From the UHGV virus genome UHGV-0349104: DNA of 44,636 nt, one strand, 5' to 3'. Below, in pieces: positions 1 through 8,192 of this stretch; within the stretch, counting starts at the first letter, position 1, and each line of letters opens with the position of its first letter. The notes under the pieces were generated by a model. It saw only the letters and a program-made list of their open reading frames with translations, was not told where the DNA came from and made no database searches. Origin of the DNA: a virus. The translations under genes were made by a program, and so were the position numbers.

Positions 1-7
1 ATTTTTT

Positions 8-202
8 TTGATGGAGCACAAAATTTCTGCTCGTCGTTTGGCTCTTGAAGCAGGTGTTACCCCGGTAACCGTAACTCGCGTGTTATCTCGTGAAAGGAAA
101 GATATGGTTTCTGCAAAAGCTGATGCGCTGCGGGATGCTATGTCTCGGATAGCCGCTCCCAATACTCCCAGCGAACCCGAAGAGGTAAGCCATGCTGACT
201 GA
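8..202 (+). CDS. small HTH DNA-binding protein (putative early regulator)
   Basis: 64-aa ORF with helix-turn-helix-like segment RRLALEAGVTPVTVTRVL; family not recognised. Confidence 0.35.
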   Translation: MMEHKISARRLALEAGVTPVTVTRVLSRERKDMVSAKADALRDAMSRIAAPNTPSEPEEVSHAD

Positions 203-473
203 TTTTTTGATCGCCATCGGCGTCGTTGTCGTCGTGGCCTTCATCTTTTCCCCGGCGCGCTAGACCCTCAGCGCATCGCCTGACCACAGCCTCGGGCGTC
301 GGGTACTCCGCGACGCGGTACGCCCTCCAGCGGATGACGCCACAGGACAGGATGCGGACGCGCCACACGGGGCCGCGCCGGGTGATAAGCAGGTGAATGG
401 CAGGGGATGACATGAGGCAAGTCTAACTCAACCCCCATTCACGTCATGATGGAAATTTTCAGAGGTTTTCAAG

Positions 474-998
474 ATGCCCGACTACAAGAACATGAGCGCG
501 AAAGAAGCTCTCAGAGAAGCCAAAGACGCCAGCGGCATGACCGCCGAAGAGATCGCGCGCGGGCTTGGCATCTCGGCTTCACACATGCGGCGGTATCTCG
601 ATGCGGGGGACAGCTATTTTCCGAGCCTCAGCACGATCCCGGCGCTATGCACAGTGATGCGGAATACGATCTTGCTCCAGTGGCTTGAAGCCCAAACCGC
701 TCCAGAAGCGCCTATTCCCGTTTCCCCGGCGGAAAGCAGAGCCGATGTGCTCACGTCCGTGGCCTCGGCGGGCGCAGCCCTCGGAACGGTGCAGGGAATG
801 CTTTCCGGGGTGAAGATCATCCATCCGGCGAACGCCCGCGAAATCCGGTCGGCGCTCGGGGACGTGATCACGGCCTGCCGCCGGGTGCAAGTACAGCTTC
901 AACCCGTAGCGTCCGCCCGCGACCGTGCGGAATGCCTTGCTTGTGAGCATCCTGAGCCGAAAAGATCATGGTGGAAAAAGATCAGGGGAGGAAGATGA
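474..998 (+). CDS. putative HTH transcriptional regulator
   Basis: ORF with HTH-like segment MTAEEIARGLGISASHMRRYL; TGA stop overlaps downstream ATGATG start. Confidence 0.4.
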   Translation: MPDYKNMSAKEALREAKDASGMTAEEIARGLGISASHMRRYLDAGDSYFPSLSTIPALCTVMRNTILLQWLEAQTAPEAPIPVSPAESRADVLTSVASAGAALGTVQGMLSGVKIIHPANAREIRSALGDVITACRRVQVQLQPVASARDRAECLACEHPEPKRSWWKKIRGGR

Positions 999-1396
999 TG
1001 CCTATTTTGATCTGCCAACAGTGCGGTCAGATGTTTGAGGTGAAACGGTACTTTGCCGAAACCGCAAAGTACTGCTCAAAAGAGTGCAAGGATAAGGCCG
1101 CACAGACGCGAGGGCCTCAAAAGTGCAAGTGCTGCGGAAAAGAATTTCCAGCGAAAGGGAATGCAGCTTTTTGCGACAAGGCTTGTAGGTATGCTTTCAG
1201 AGCCGGGGTGAGCCGCGAAGAATGGCTTGAAGCTCATCCACAGAGCAATCAGTCAACACTTTTCAAGCGTAAGTGCCATGACTGCGGGAAGCCCACAAAC
1301 AATTACAGGTGTTCAGCTTGTTGGGAAAAGCTCCGCAGCGAATCTGAAACGGGTGGTATCCCGGAATACCAGGTTATGGGGCAGGCATGGGTATAA
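995..1396 (+). CDS. zinc-ribbon protein with repeated CxxC...CSKxC motifs, no HNH domain
   Basis: Repeated pairs CQQCG..YCSKECKDK, CKCCG..FCDKACRYA, CHDCG..CSAC; same ribbon type as the two intein-nested HNH ORFs. Confidence 0.5.
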   Translation: MMPILICQQCGQMFEVKRYFAETAKYCSKECKDKAAQTRGPQKCKCCGKEFPAKGNAAFCDKACRYAFRAGVSREEWLEAHPQSNQSTLFKRKCHDCGKPTNNYRCSACWEKLRSESETGGIPEYQVMGQAWV

Positions 1397-1658
1397 TAGG
1401 CCCGTGCTGCTTGGGTCGGCTTCACCGTGATGGGCGGCGCGTCCTGTGCTTTGCGGACTGGTCGAAAGAATATGGAGTTCCGGCGTGGACGGCCCGGAAC
1501 GGGTTCGTCAAAGACGTGAACTTTTGCCGTCTGTACTGCGAGAAGCGACCAGATATTGTTGAAGTGGAACTTGAAGGTTTCAAGGCATAGGCGAAAGAAA
1601 AGCCCGATGCGGGAACATCGGGCTGAAAAATAAATCAAAAAACTGAGGTGTATGAATT

Positions 1659-2297
1659 ATGCGCTATTATAGCAACAAAGTCAAGCCCATTGAAACACAG
1701 TATCATGGATATCGTTTTCGTTCACGTCTTGAAGCTAGGTGGGCTGTCTTTTTTGATGTAATGGGAATTAAGTATGAATATGAAAAAGAAGGTTTTGAAC
1801 TTTCATCTGGAAGATACCTGCCAGATTTTTGGTTGCCTGAGTGGGAAGTATGGTTTGAGGTAAAGCCTAGCTTCCCGGAAACAGAAGAACTCTATAAGTT
1901 ACAAGAATTATGTATTGAAACAGGATATGCAGCCTTATGTTCAGAAGGTATGCCAAAAGAGGAATTTTCTGGTGTATGTTTTGTATATGGGAGTTTCGTG
2001 GATGATTCTGTCACGGATAACCCGGCTATAGAACCAATATGCCTTAATATGTCTAGCTTCTTTATAAGCAATTATCCAGATGGAGATGAAGAGGCATGGC
2101 TTTTCTTAGAGGGATGGGACTCTCATTATTACTATAAAAAAAATGGCAATAAATATGTTCAATATCCAAAACGTCCTTTTATACAAATTCAAGGTGATGA
2201 AGATTATATTAAATGTGCTCTAAAATATGGACGTTTTGCAAGAGCTATAGAAAAAGCAAAGTCTGCTCGTTTTGAGTTTGGGGAAAGGGGGGAATAA
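1659..2297 (+). CDS. PD-(D/E)xK family nuclease (Hjc/VRR-NUC-like motifs), AT-rich insert
   Basis: Motifs SRLEARWAVFFD, PDFWL and FEVKP fit E..PD..(E)xK; GC drops to about 38-40% over 1640-2300 against about 60% flanks; RBS GAGGTG upstream. Confidence 0.5.
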   Translation: MRYYSNKVKPIETQYHGYRFRSRLEARWAVFFDVMGIKYEYEKEGFELSSGRYLPDFWLPEWEVWFEVKPSFPETEELYKLQELCIETGYAALCSEGMPKEEFSGVCFVYGSFVDDSVTDNPAIEPICLNMSSFFISNYPDGDEEAWLFLEGWDSHYYYKKNGNKYVQYPKRPFIQIQGDEDYIKCALKYGRFARAIEKAKSARFEFGERGE

Positions 2298-3256
2298 TGA
2301 ATACAGATTTTCGCGTATCTGTAGAGTTTTTTGCCCACCATAAAACCAAAAAACTCAAAAAGCGCCTTGGGTCGGATGGAGTTATAGCATTGCTCCAACT
2401 TTGGTCTTATGCCGCAAGATTACGTTCAGATGGGGATTTGTCGGGAATGAGCACCGAAGAGATAGAGCTTGCCGTTGACTGGAATGGGGAAGATGGCCTT
2501 TTGGTTGCGACTTTAAAGGAGGTTGGATTCCTCGATGAAGTAGATGGAACTTTTTCTCTGCATAATTGGACAGAAAACAATTCGTGGGTAGCAGGCGTAG
2601 AGACTCGTTCCGATGCTTCTCGGCTTTCGAGGATGGCTAAAGTGTTCCCTGACGAATACCAAACGCTCGTTGACGCTGGGATAAAGGGGATCAGCAAAAA
2701 AGATTACGAGTCGTTAAAGGTTGTTAACGACCGTTCAGCAGTCGTCAGAAAAATCGTTAACGACCGTTTGACGACCGTTAACGAAATGCCAAGCCCTGCC
2801 CCTGCCCCTGCTCCTGTTCCTGCCCCAATGGCATATAGTACTACCCCTGACGGGGTAGTTGTCGGCGAGAGCACGCCGACCGGACAGCAGTGTGAAGAGC
2901 AGGCTGTTGACGGGCATGGCGTGCCGTCCTGTCCTCATAAGCGCATTGTGGCCTTGTATCATGAGTTTCTTCCTGAACTTCCCGGAGTGAAAGTCTGGGA
3001 AGGGACTAGGCAGCAAAATTTGCAGGCGAGGTGGCGTGAACGTTGGAAGGCTGGGAAATATCGAACACAGGACGAAGGGATAGCGTACTGGGGAAAGCTA
3101 TTTCGGCATGTCTCGGAAAATTGCGACTGGCTTATGGGACGGGTGCAGGGCAGGAAAGGCGATAAGCCTTTCAGGGCATCGCTTGACTGGATTGTGAATG
3201 CGTCGAACTTCGCAAAACTCATTGAAGGTCGCTACGACAACCGGGAGGTGGCTTGA
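2297..3256 (+). CDS. phage replication initiation / replisome organizer protein
   Basis: C-terminal segment CPHKRIVALYHEFLPELPGVKVWEGTRQQNLQARWRE resembles conserved phage replication protein C-terminus; lies directly upstream of dnaB-like gene; PAPAPAPVPAP linker; internal iterons. Confidence 0.5.
   Translation: MNTDFRVSVEFFAHHKTKKLKKRLGSDGVIALLQLWSYAARLRSDGDLSGMSTEEIELAVDWNGEDGLLVATLKEVGFLDEVDGTFSLHNWTENNSWVAGVETRSDASRLSRMAKVFPDEYQTLVDAGIKGISKKDYESLKVVNDRSAVVRKIVNDRLTTVNEMPSPAPAPAPVPAPMAYSTTPDGVVVGESTPTGQQCEEQAVDGHGVPSCPHKRIVALYHEFLPELPGVKVWEGTRQQNLQARWRERWKAGKYRTQDEGIAYWGKLFRHVSENCDWLMGRVQGRKGDKPFRASLDWIVNASNFAKLIEGRYDNREVA
2724..2783. repeat. iteron-like direct repeats (candidate replication origin) inside initiator gene
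   Basis: GTTAACGACCGTT at 2724-2736 and 2756-2768, third ACGACCGTTAAC at 2771-2782; 32-bp spacing between first two; HpaI-like GTTAAC palindromes. Confidence 0.45.
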
Positions 3257-3257
3257 A

Positions 3258-4667
3258 ATGGCAGTCCAGACGCTTGAACGCGGCATTATGCCCCGCAGGC
3301 AGAATGCCCCAGCGCCAAAGCCCGTCATGGCCTCGGAAGCCCGCGCACAGCTTGAGTCCAGCGTCATTGCCGCGACTCTCTCGGGCATGAACCGGGATGC
3401 CCATTTGCTTGGGGATGTACTTGATATCTGCCCCGCAGGTTGTTTTGTGACGCCGGAAGCTGCGCCGCTTGCCGTGGCTCTCGATTTGCTCCGGCAGTCC
3501 GGTCAACGCCCCAACCTCACCGCGTTGGCAACGCAGATGCAATCCCGTTGGGCGAAAGATCCTGAACTTTGGCCTGCCCCGGATATGGCGCGTATGGCTG
3601 AGCTTTCTACGTCAGCGTGGGGGCTGAAAGGCCATGCCGAGAGTTTGGCCCGAAAGCTTGCCGATGAACATCGCCGGGCGGAACTCCATGCCGGATTGCT
3701 CGAAATTGCTGCGGAAGCATCGGTTTACGGCGTGGACTCCGAATACATCGCTGACCGTGCCCGCAAGCTTGTTGAAGCCTCGGGAGGGATTCAGGAAGCC
3801 GTAACTATGTCGAACATCATGGGCCGCATTCGGGCAAAGCTAGATAATCCGCAATCGCTGCGCAAAGTTCAGACTCCATGGAAAAGCTTGAACAGCGTTT
3901 TGCGTGGGGGATTCATGCCGGGGGAATTGATCGTCCTTGCCGCTCGTCCCGGCCTTGGAAAGACGGCCTTAGCCGCAAATGTGGCGTTGGGTGCCGCATG
4001 GCGCGGAATGGGTGTGCTCTTTGTCTCATGCGAGATGAGCGACGAAAGCCTTGGGCATCGCCTCATCTCCCGTGTAGGGCGTATCGATGGGCGGTTTTTC
4101 CGTGAGGGGATGGGCGTCACGCCGCAGATCCGTGGAGCTATTGACACCGCCATAGGGCAACTTGAAGCCCTCCCCCTGTCCATCGTTGAAAAGTCCACGG
4201 TTCCGATGTGCCCTCGTGAAGTCCGCAGGCTGGCGCGGGGCATCAAGGATTTAGGGCTCATCGTAGTGGACTATCTCCAGCTTTTGCATCCCGACGAGAA
4301 GAGCACCAGCAGAGAACGAGAAGTTGCGGAGATGTCACGTTCCTTTAAGCAAATGGCCCTTGATCTGCAAGTTCCTGTACTCCTGCTTTCTCAGCTTAAC
4401 CGCTCAAGCGAAGAAGGCAAGCGGGAACCCCGTGTTTCCGATCTCAGAGAGTCTGGAGCGATTGAGCAGGACGCGGACATCATCATTTTGCTGCACACCC
4501 GCGATCTGGACAGGGCTGATGCCAGACCAGACGTGAAATGCATCGTCGGGAAATCCCGCAGCACGGGAACAGGTGCATCGTTCTTGCGTTTCGAAAAAGC
4601 TTTTTCTGAGTTTACCGAGGGTGAAGCATGGGCCGGACGTCCTGCGGTACAGGAAAACGATTTGTGA
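3258..4667 (+). CDS. dnaB: replicative DNA helicase, DnaB family
   Basis: Walker A ARPGLGKTALAANV; DnaB C-domain-like VVDYLQLLHP...LLLSQLNR; start ATG 3258 behind RBS GGGAGGTGG. Confidence 0.85.
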   Translation: MAVQTLERGIMPRRQNAPAPKPVMASEARAQLESSVIAATLSGMNRDAHLLGDVLDICPAGCFVTPEAAPLAVALDLLRQSGQRPNLTALATQMQSRWAKDPELWPAPDMARMAELSTSAWGLKGHAESLARKLADEHRRAELHAGLLEIAAEASVYGVDSEYIADRARKLVEASGGIQEAVTMSNIMGRIRAKLDNPQSLRKVQTPWKSLNSVLRGGFMPGELIVLAARPGLGKTALAANVALGAAWRGMGVLFVSCEMSDESLGHRLISRVGRIDGRFFREGMGVTPQIRGAIDTAIGQLEALPLSIVEKSTVPMCPREVRRLARGIKDLGLIVVDYLQLLHPDEKSTSREREVAEMSRSFKQMALDLQVPVLLLSQLNRSSEEGKREPRVSDLRESGAIEQDADIIILLHTRDLDRADARPDVKCIVGKSRSTGTGASFLRFEKAFSEFTEGEAWAGRPAVQENDL

Positions 4668-4738
4668 TGTGCCCACGGTACTGTGAAATCTTCGGCCCCG
4701 GAGCGTGTGCAGGGGTGTTTGACGAAAAGGAGTGTGTG

Positions 4739-5158
4739 ATGAGCACGTACAGGGAAGAATCGTTGCCGGAAACACTGCAAGACATGTCCGACCGTTTCGG
4801 AAAGCCCTTTGTCCGGCACATGATTGAACGCTTCGCGGGTATAACTCTTATTATTCCCGCCAAAAGCCGGAAGACGCAGCTAACTCGGGAATTGTGCGCC
4901 TTCTTGGGGCAGGATGCCCTTTCCGACTTTCTGCACACCTATGGCGGTACGAGAATCTATATCCCCACTTTGCGCCGGGCGAAGATCCGCGCACGGGACA
5001 TGGACATCAACGCCGAGCGGGACGAGTTGGCTCGTAAGGGGCTGAGTGAAAGAGCGCTTGTCGCCAGGCTCGCCACGCTGCACGGGCTTTCCGAACGGCA
5101 GGTGTGGCGCATTTTAAAACAGCCGAGAACCTCGGACAACAGGAAGGCGGCGTTATGA
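4739..5158 (+). CDS. Mor/C family phage transcriptional activator
   Basis: Signature FLHTYGGTRIYIPT (GG..hYhP) and C-terminal HTH; start chosen at ATG 4739 with RBS AAGGAG. Confidence 0.55.
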   Translation: MSTYREESLPETLQDMSDRFGKPFVRHMIERFAGITLIIPAKSRKTQLTRELCAFLGQDALSDFLHTYGGTRIYIPTLRRAKIRARDMDINAERDELARKGLSERALVARLATLHGLSERQVWRILKQPRTSDNRKAAL

Positions 5159-5586
5159 CGGTCTTACGCTTCACCTTGTCCTGCACGCCCACGGCACAGG
5201 CCCGAGTCCGGCACACCGTCCGTTGTGGGCACAGCGTGGCTTACAAGTCTGCCGGGCAGAAGAGCGCGGAAGCCGTGCTTGACGATCTCCTTTCTGCGCG
5301 CGCCCCGAAAAAGCCTCTAGAAGGACCTCTCGTGCTCGAATTTGTCGCGGGGATGCCGATTCCCGCATCGACCCCGAAAAAACAACGAGAGGCCATGTTG
5401 CGCGGCGAAATCGCCTATACGAAGAAGCCGGACCTCGACAACATGGTGAAGCAGCTCAAAGACGCCATGACGCGCGCGGGGTTCTGGGGGGATGACAAGC
5501 AGGTGGTGGCCCTACGCTGTTCAAAACGCTACGCCGCCGTCCCGCATTGGGAGGTAGCCGTGTACGCACAGGAGGAAGCGCAATGA
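5155..5586 (+). CDS. rusA: RusA family Holliday junction resolvase
   Basis: KKPDLDNMVKQLKDAMT and GDDKQVV motifs typical of RusA; ATGA overlap with upstream gene. Confidence 0.8.
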   Translation: MTVLRFTLSCTPTAQARVRHTVRCGHSVAYKSAGQKSAEAVLDDLLSARAPKKPLEGPLVLEFVAGMPIPASTPKKQREAMLRGEIAYTKKPDLDNMVKQLKDAMTRAGFWGDDKQVVALRCSKRYAAVPHWEVAVYAQEEAQ

Positions 5587-5765
5587 ATGAACGGAAATTG
5601 CTGCTCGGCTGGAAGGCCATCACAGCCTACACCGGAGTTAGCCGCCTCCTCATGATCCGCTACGCCTACCCCGTCCACGACTGCGACAGGGCAACTCATC
5701 ACGGGTACGGCGTCTGTGCCTATACCGACGAGCTTGACGCCCACAAGGAGGCTACCAGTGCATAA
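5583..5765 (+). CDS. small HTH DNA-binding protein
   Basis: 60 aa; ATGA overlap with rusA stop; HTH-like LLGWKAITAYTGVSRLLMIRY. Confidence 0.4.
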   Translation: MNERKLLLGWKAITAYTGVSRLLMIRYAYPVHDCDRATHHGYGVCAYTDELDAHKEATSA

Positions 5766-6018
5766 CATCGACATCACGATACTTGGTGAAAAGGCTCTTG
5801 CGGCACTCATGCAGCGGCTGTCGGAAGCACGCGGGAAGCACCCTGTTTTCGCGGAGGGCAAATACCACGCGCTCGGTGTTATCGGGGAGGAGTACCGTGA
5901 GCTTGTATACGCCGTTGAGCACGAAACTCCGGAGCGTATCCGCGACGAAGCCCTCGATGTAGCTGTGACCGCACTGCGGCTATGGCTTGGGGAACACAAG
6001 GTTGGTGCTCATGAGTGA
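5758..6018 (+). CDS. MazG-like nucleotide pyrophosphohydrolase (small phage type)
   Basis: EExxE motif in IGEEYRELVYAVEHE followed by ExxD (RDEALD); GTG start behind perfect RBS AAGGAGG. Confidence 0.45.
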   Translation: MHNIDITILGEKALAALMQRLSEARGKHPVFAEGKYHALGVIGEEYRELVYAVEHETPERIRDEALDVAVTALRLWLGEHKVGAHE

Positions 6019-6379
6019 CGTGTGGGTGAGCCAGTTCGAACTGTCAGAGGCCATCGGTGACGTGGGGGCGGTCATCCTCTGCGCACAGTGCGGTGGACGT
6101 TCATACTTTATCCCCCGGAAGCCCACAGGTTTTCTTCTGGAGTTGCTTGGTCGGCAGCGTATGGCGGCCCTCTGCACCGAATTTGGGGGGATGCAGATCG
6201 TCGTGCCCAATTTGCGCCGTGGTGAACCGTTCAAAGGACGTATCCTGTCCCGTCTGGAAGCAGGGGAGAAGCCGGACGCCATCGCCGAAGCCCTTGGCGT
6301 GACCACCAGGTACGTCCGTCGGCTCAAAAAGCAGCTTTGCGGGAACCCGGAACCACAGCAGCAATATCGGCTGTTGTAG
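6011..6379 (+). CDS. Mor/C family phage transcriptional activator (second copy)
   Basis: LCTEFGGMQIVVPN signature plus HTH AIAEALGVTTRYVRRLKK. Confidence 0.55.
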   Translation: MSDVWVSQFELSEAIGDVGAVILCAQCGGRSYFIPRKPTGFLLELLGRQRMAALCTEFGGMQIVVPNLRRGEPFKGRILSRLEAGEKPDAIAEALGVTTRYVRRLKKQLCGNPEPQQQYRLL

Positions 6380-6397
6380 AATCTTGTTCACGGTGAT
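6379..6397 (+). promoter_or_regulatory. conserved boundary motif GAATCTTGTTCACGGTGAT (copy 1 of 4)
   Basis: Shares exact 12-mer TTGTTCACGGTG with copies at 12145, 20736 and 22123; sits between activator gene and lysis cassette. Confidence 0.5.
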
Positions 6398-6444
6398 CCT
6401 CTCTTGTTCTCCTGTGAGAGATTGGACGTAGGAGGATTTTCTTT

Positions 6445-6831
6445 ATGGCTGTTCTTCCCTTGCGTCACTTCTCCCCGGTCGAGTTCCGCTGCAAGTGCGG
6501 GTGCGGCGCGGGCATGGAGAAGATGGACGCCGACCTGCTCCAGATGCTCGACGAGGCCCGCGATCTGGCGGGCATCCCGTTCCCCCTTTCTTCCGCCTAC
6601 CGCTGCCCGAAGCACAACAAGGCGGTCGGCGGTGTGCCCACCTCAGCGCACACTCGCGGCTATGCCGTGGATATCCGCTGTGTGGATTCCCATTCCCGTT
6701 TCGTCATGCTGCAAGCCCTGCTTGAAGTCGGATTCCGGCGCATCGAGCTGGCCCCGACGTGGATTCATGTGGACAACGACCCGGACAAGCCGCGTGACGT
6801 GGCGTTCTACCAGCATGGAGGCAAGTACTGA
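6445..6831 (+). CDS. endolysin, peptidase M15 (L-alanyl-D-glutamate peptidase-like)
   Basis: Motifs SAYRCPKHNKAVGGVPTSAHTRGYAVDI and WIHVD typical of M15A/DUF882 cell-wall peptidases; RBS AGGAGG. Confidence 0.7.
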   Translation: MAVLPLRHFSPVEFRCKCGCGAGMEKMDADLLQMLDEARDLAGIPFPLSSAYRCPKHNKAVGGVPTSAHTRGYAVDIRCVDSHSRFVMLQALLEVGFRRIELAPTWIHVDNDPDKPRDVAFYQHGGKY

Positions 6832-7121
6832 TGGAAGCGACCGTGATTGATTTCATCCTTTCGACCTTGATGAGCCTTTCCGCGCAGTATCCCGATGCGG
6901 CGTGGCTCGTGACCGCCCTGAGCGTGGTCATGACCGTGTGCGGCCTGTGCGCCGTGGCCACCGTCTGGATGCCCGTCCCCAAGGAACAGACCGGGCTTTA
7001 TGCCGCCTTCTACCGTTGGACGCACGCCCTTGCCGCGCACTTCGGGCAGAACAGGGGGGCCGTGGCTGACGGCAAGTCCGAAACCGTGAAGGCCGAAGTC
7101 AAGGCCGTGACGGGAAAGTGA
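6831..7121 (+). CDS. holin-like membrane protein
   Basis: 96 aa with two hydrophobic helices and a charged C-terminus; ATGA-coupled to endolysin. Confidence 0.4.
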   Translation: MEATVIDFILSTLMSLSAQYPDAAWLVTALSVVMTVCGLCAVATVWMPVPKEQTGLYAAFYRWTHALAAHFGQNRGAVADGKSETVKAEVKAVTGK

Positions 7122-7441
7122 TGTGCGGGCCGTCCTTGAGTTCCTCACCTCGTTCGTTGAACTTATCAAGCTGTGGCTGCGTCAACGGTACGGCGAACGC
7201 CGCGAGGCTGATCGTGCTGCTGTTCGTGATGACGCTGGCGGCGAGTGGGTGCAGCACAGTGGCGGAACCGACCGCCGCGACAAGCCCGGCTCCGCTGACA
7301 CCGGGGGCCGTCGTGACGGGTGAGTGGTCCTACACCTACCGGGGCGAGACGTTCACCGAGCCCGGCGAGTGGGTGCACCTGCCCGCAGGAGAGGCCGGGA
7401 ACTTGCTCCTGTGGATCAAGGGCGTTGAGGCTGGAAGCTGA
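7121..7441 (+). CDS. putative secreted/lipoprotein-like protein (possible spanin component)
   Basis: Hydrophobic stretch ARLIVLLFVMTLAASGC ending in Cys; lysis-cassette position; start uncertain. Confidence 0.3.
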   Translation: MCGPSLSSSPRSLNLSSCGCVNGTANAARLIVLLFVMTLAASGCSTVAEPTAATSPAPLTPGAVVTGEWSYTYRGETFTEPGEWVHLPAGEAGNLLLWIKGVEAGS

Positions 7442-7713
7442 TGGAGCATACACTGGACCATGAATCCCGGCTTTCCCGCATTGAGGCATTGCTCGAAGCG
7501 CTCAACCAGCGGCTTGACGACGCGATACTCACGCAACTCCGCGATCATGGAAAACGCATTCGGGATCTTGAGGATCATATCTCGGTTATGGCCGAGACGT
7601 GCGCGCGGGAACGCGGGGAGCGGCAGGGCAGCAGGACAACGGCCATCGCCATTATAACCGCCCTCTCGGGAGTTGGCGGTTGCATCGGTTCCATTGTGGG
7701 CCGGATGTTTTGA
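7441..7713 (+). CDS. coiled-coil protein with C-terminal transmembrane anchor
   Basis: Heptad-like N-terminus RLSRIEALLEALNQRLDD; C-terminal TM TAIAIITALSGVGGCIGSIV. Confidence 0.4.
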   Translation: MEHTLDHESRLSRIEALLEALNQRLDDAILTQLRDHGKRIRDLEDHISVMAETCARERGERQGSRTTAIAIITALSGVGGCIGSIVGRMF

Positions 7714-7730
7714 GAATGCCCTGTGCATGA

Positions 7731-8192
7731 ATGGACACCTACGCGCTCCAGCGTCAGCTTCTTCAGGCGGAACTTCTTCCAACGGAAAAGCTTGTAGGTA
7801 TGGTGCTCGCCCTACACATGGACAAGCGGACCGGAAAAATCCGCGTGCGGCAGGAAACCGTCGCGCAGGAGTGTGGCGTGTCTGCGCGAACAGTGCGCAG
7901 GGCCGTTGCTGCGCTCGTATCCTCCGGGGTGTTCGTCTCCGTGGCAACCGGACGCTCCTCGGTTTTGGTTGCTGGTTCTGGAAAGAGTACTGGAAGAGTG
8001 GACCGGCCACCGGTGTCCTATCAGACCGGTCACGGGTGTCCGCAATTGAAGCGGAAAAGGGCCCCTTGGGAGTATGATTTGGCGCACAGTACGAGGCCCG
8101 AGGAAGAGGAGAAACGAGGGCATGAAAGGTTTTTGAGAGAACAGGAAGAACGCAGGCCAAACGGGGGGTGCGACGATGGCTGCACGATTTGA
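7731..8192 (+). CDS. winged-HTH DNA-binding protein
   Basis: HTH-like ETVAQECGVSARTVRRAVAALV; precedes terminase small subunit. Confidence 0.35.
   Translation: MDTYALQRQLLQAELLPTEKLVGMVLALHMDKRTGKIRVRQETVAQECGVSARTVRRAVAALVSSGVFVSVATGRSSVLVAGSGKSTGRVDRPPVSYQTGHGCPQLKRKRAPWEYDLAHSTRPEEEEKRGHERFLREQEERRPNGGCDDGCTI

Noticed and set aside
138-413. 91-aa minus-strand ORF at window start
   Set aside because: It overlaps the HTH gene and the mini-ORF. It has Arg-rich low-complexity translation and no RBS.
1387-1590. 67-aa plus-strand ORF after the zinc-ribbon gene
   Set aside because: No RBS and an atypical start context. It could be real, but the only evidence is an open frame. The hairpin at 1593-1625 reads as a terminator only on the minus strand.
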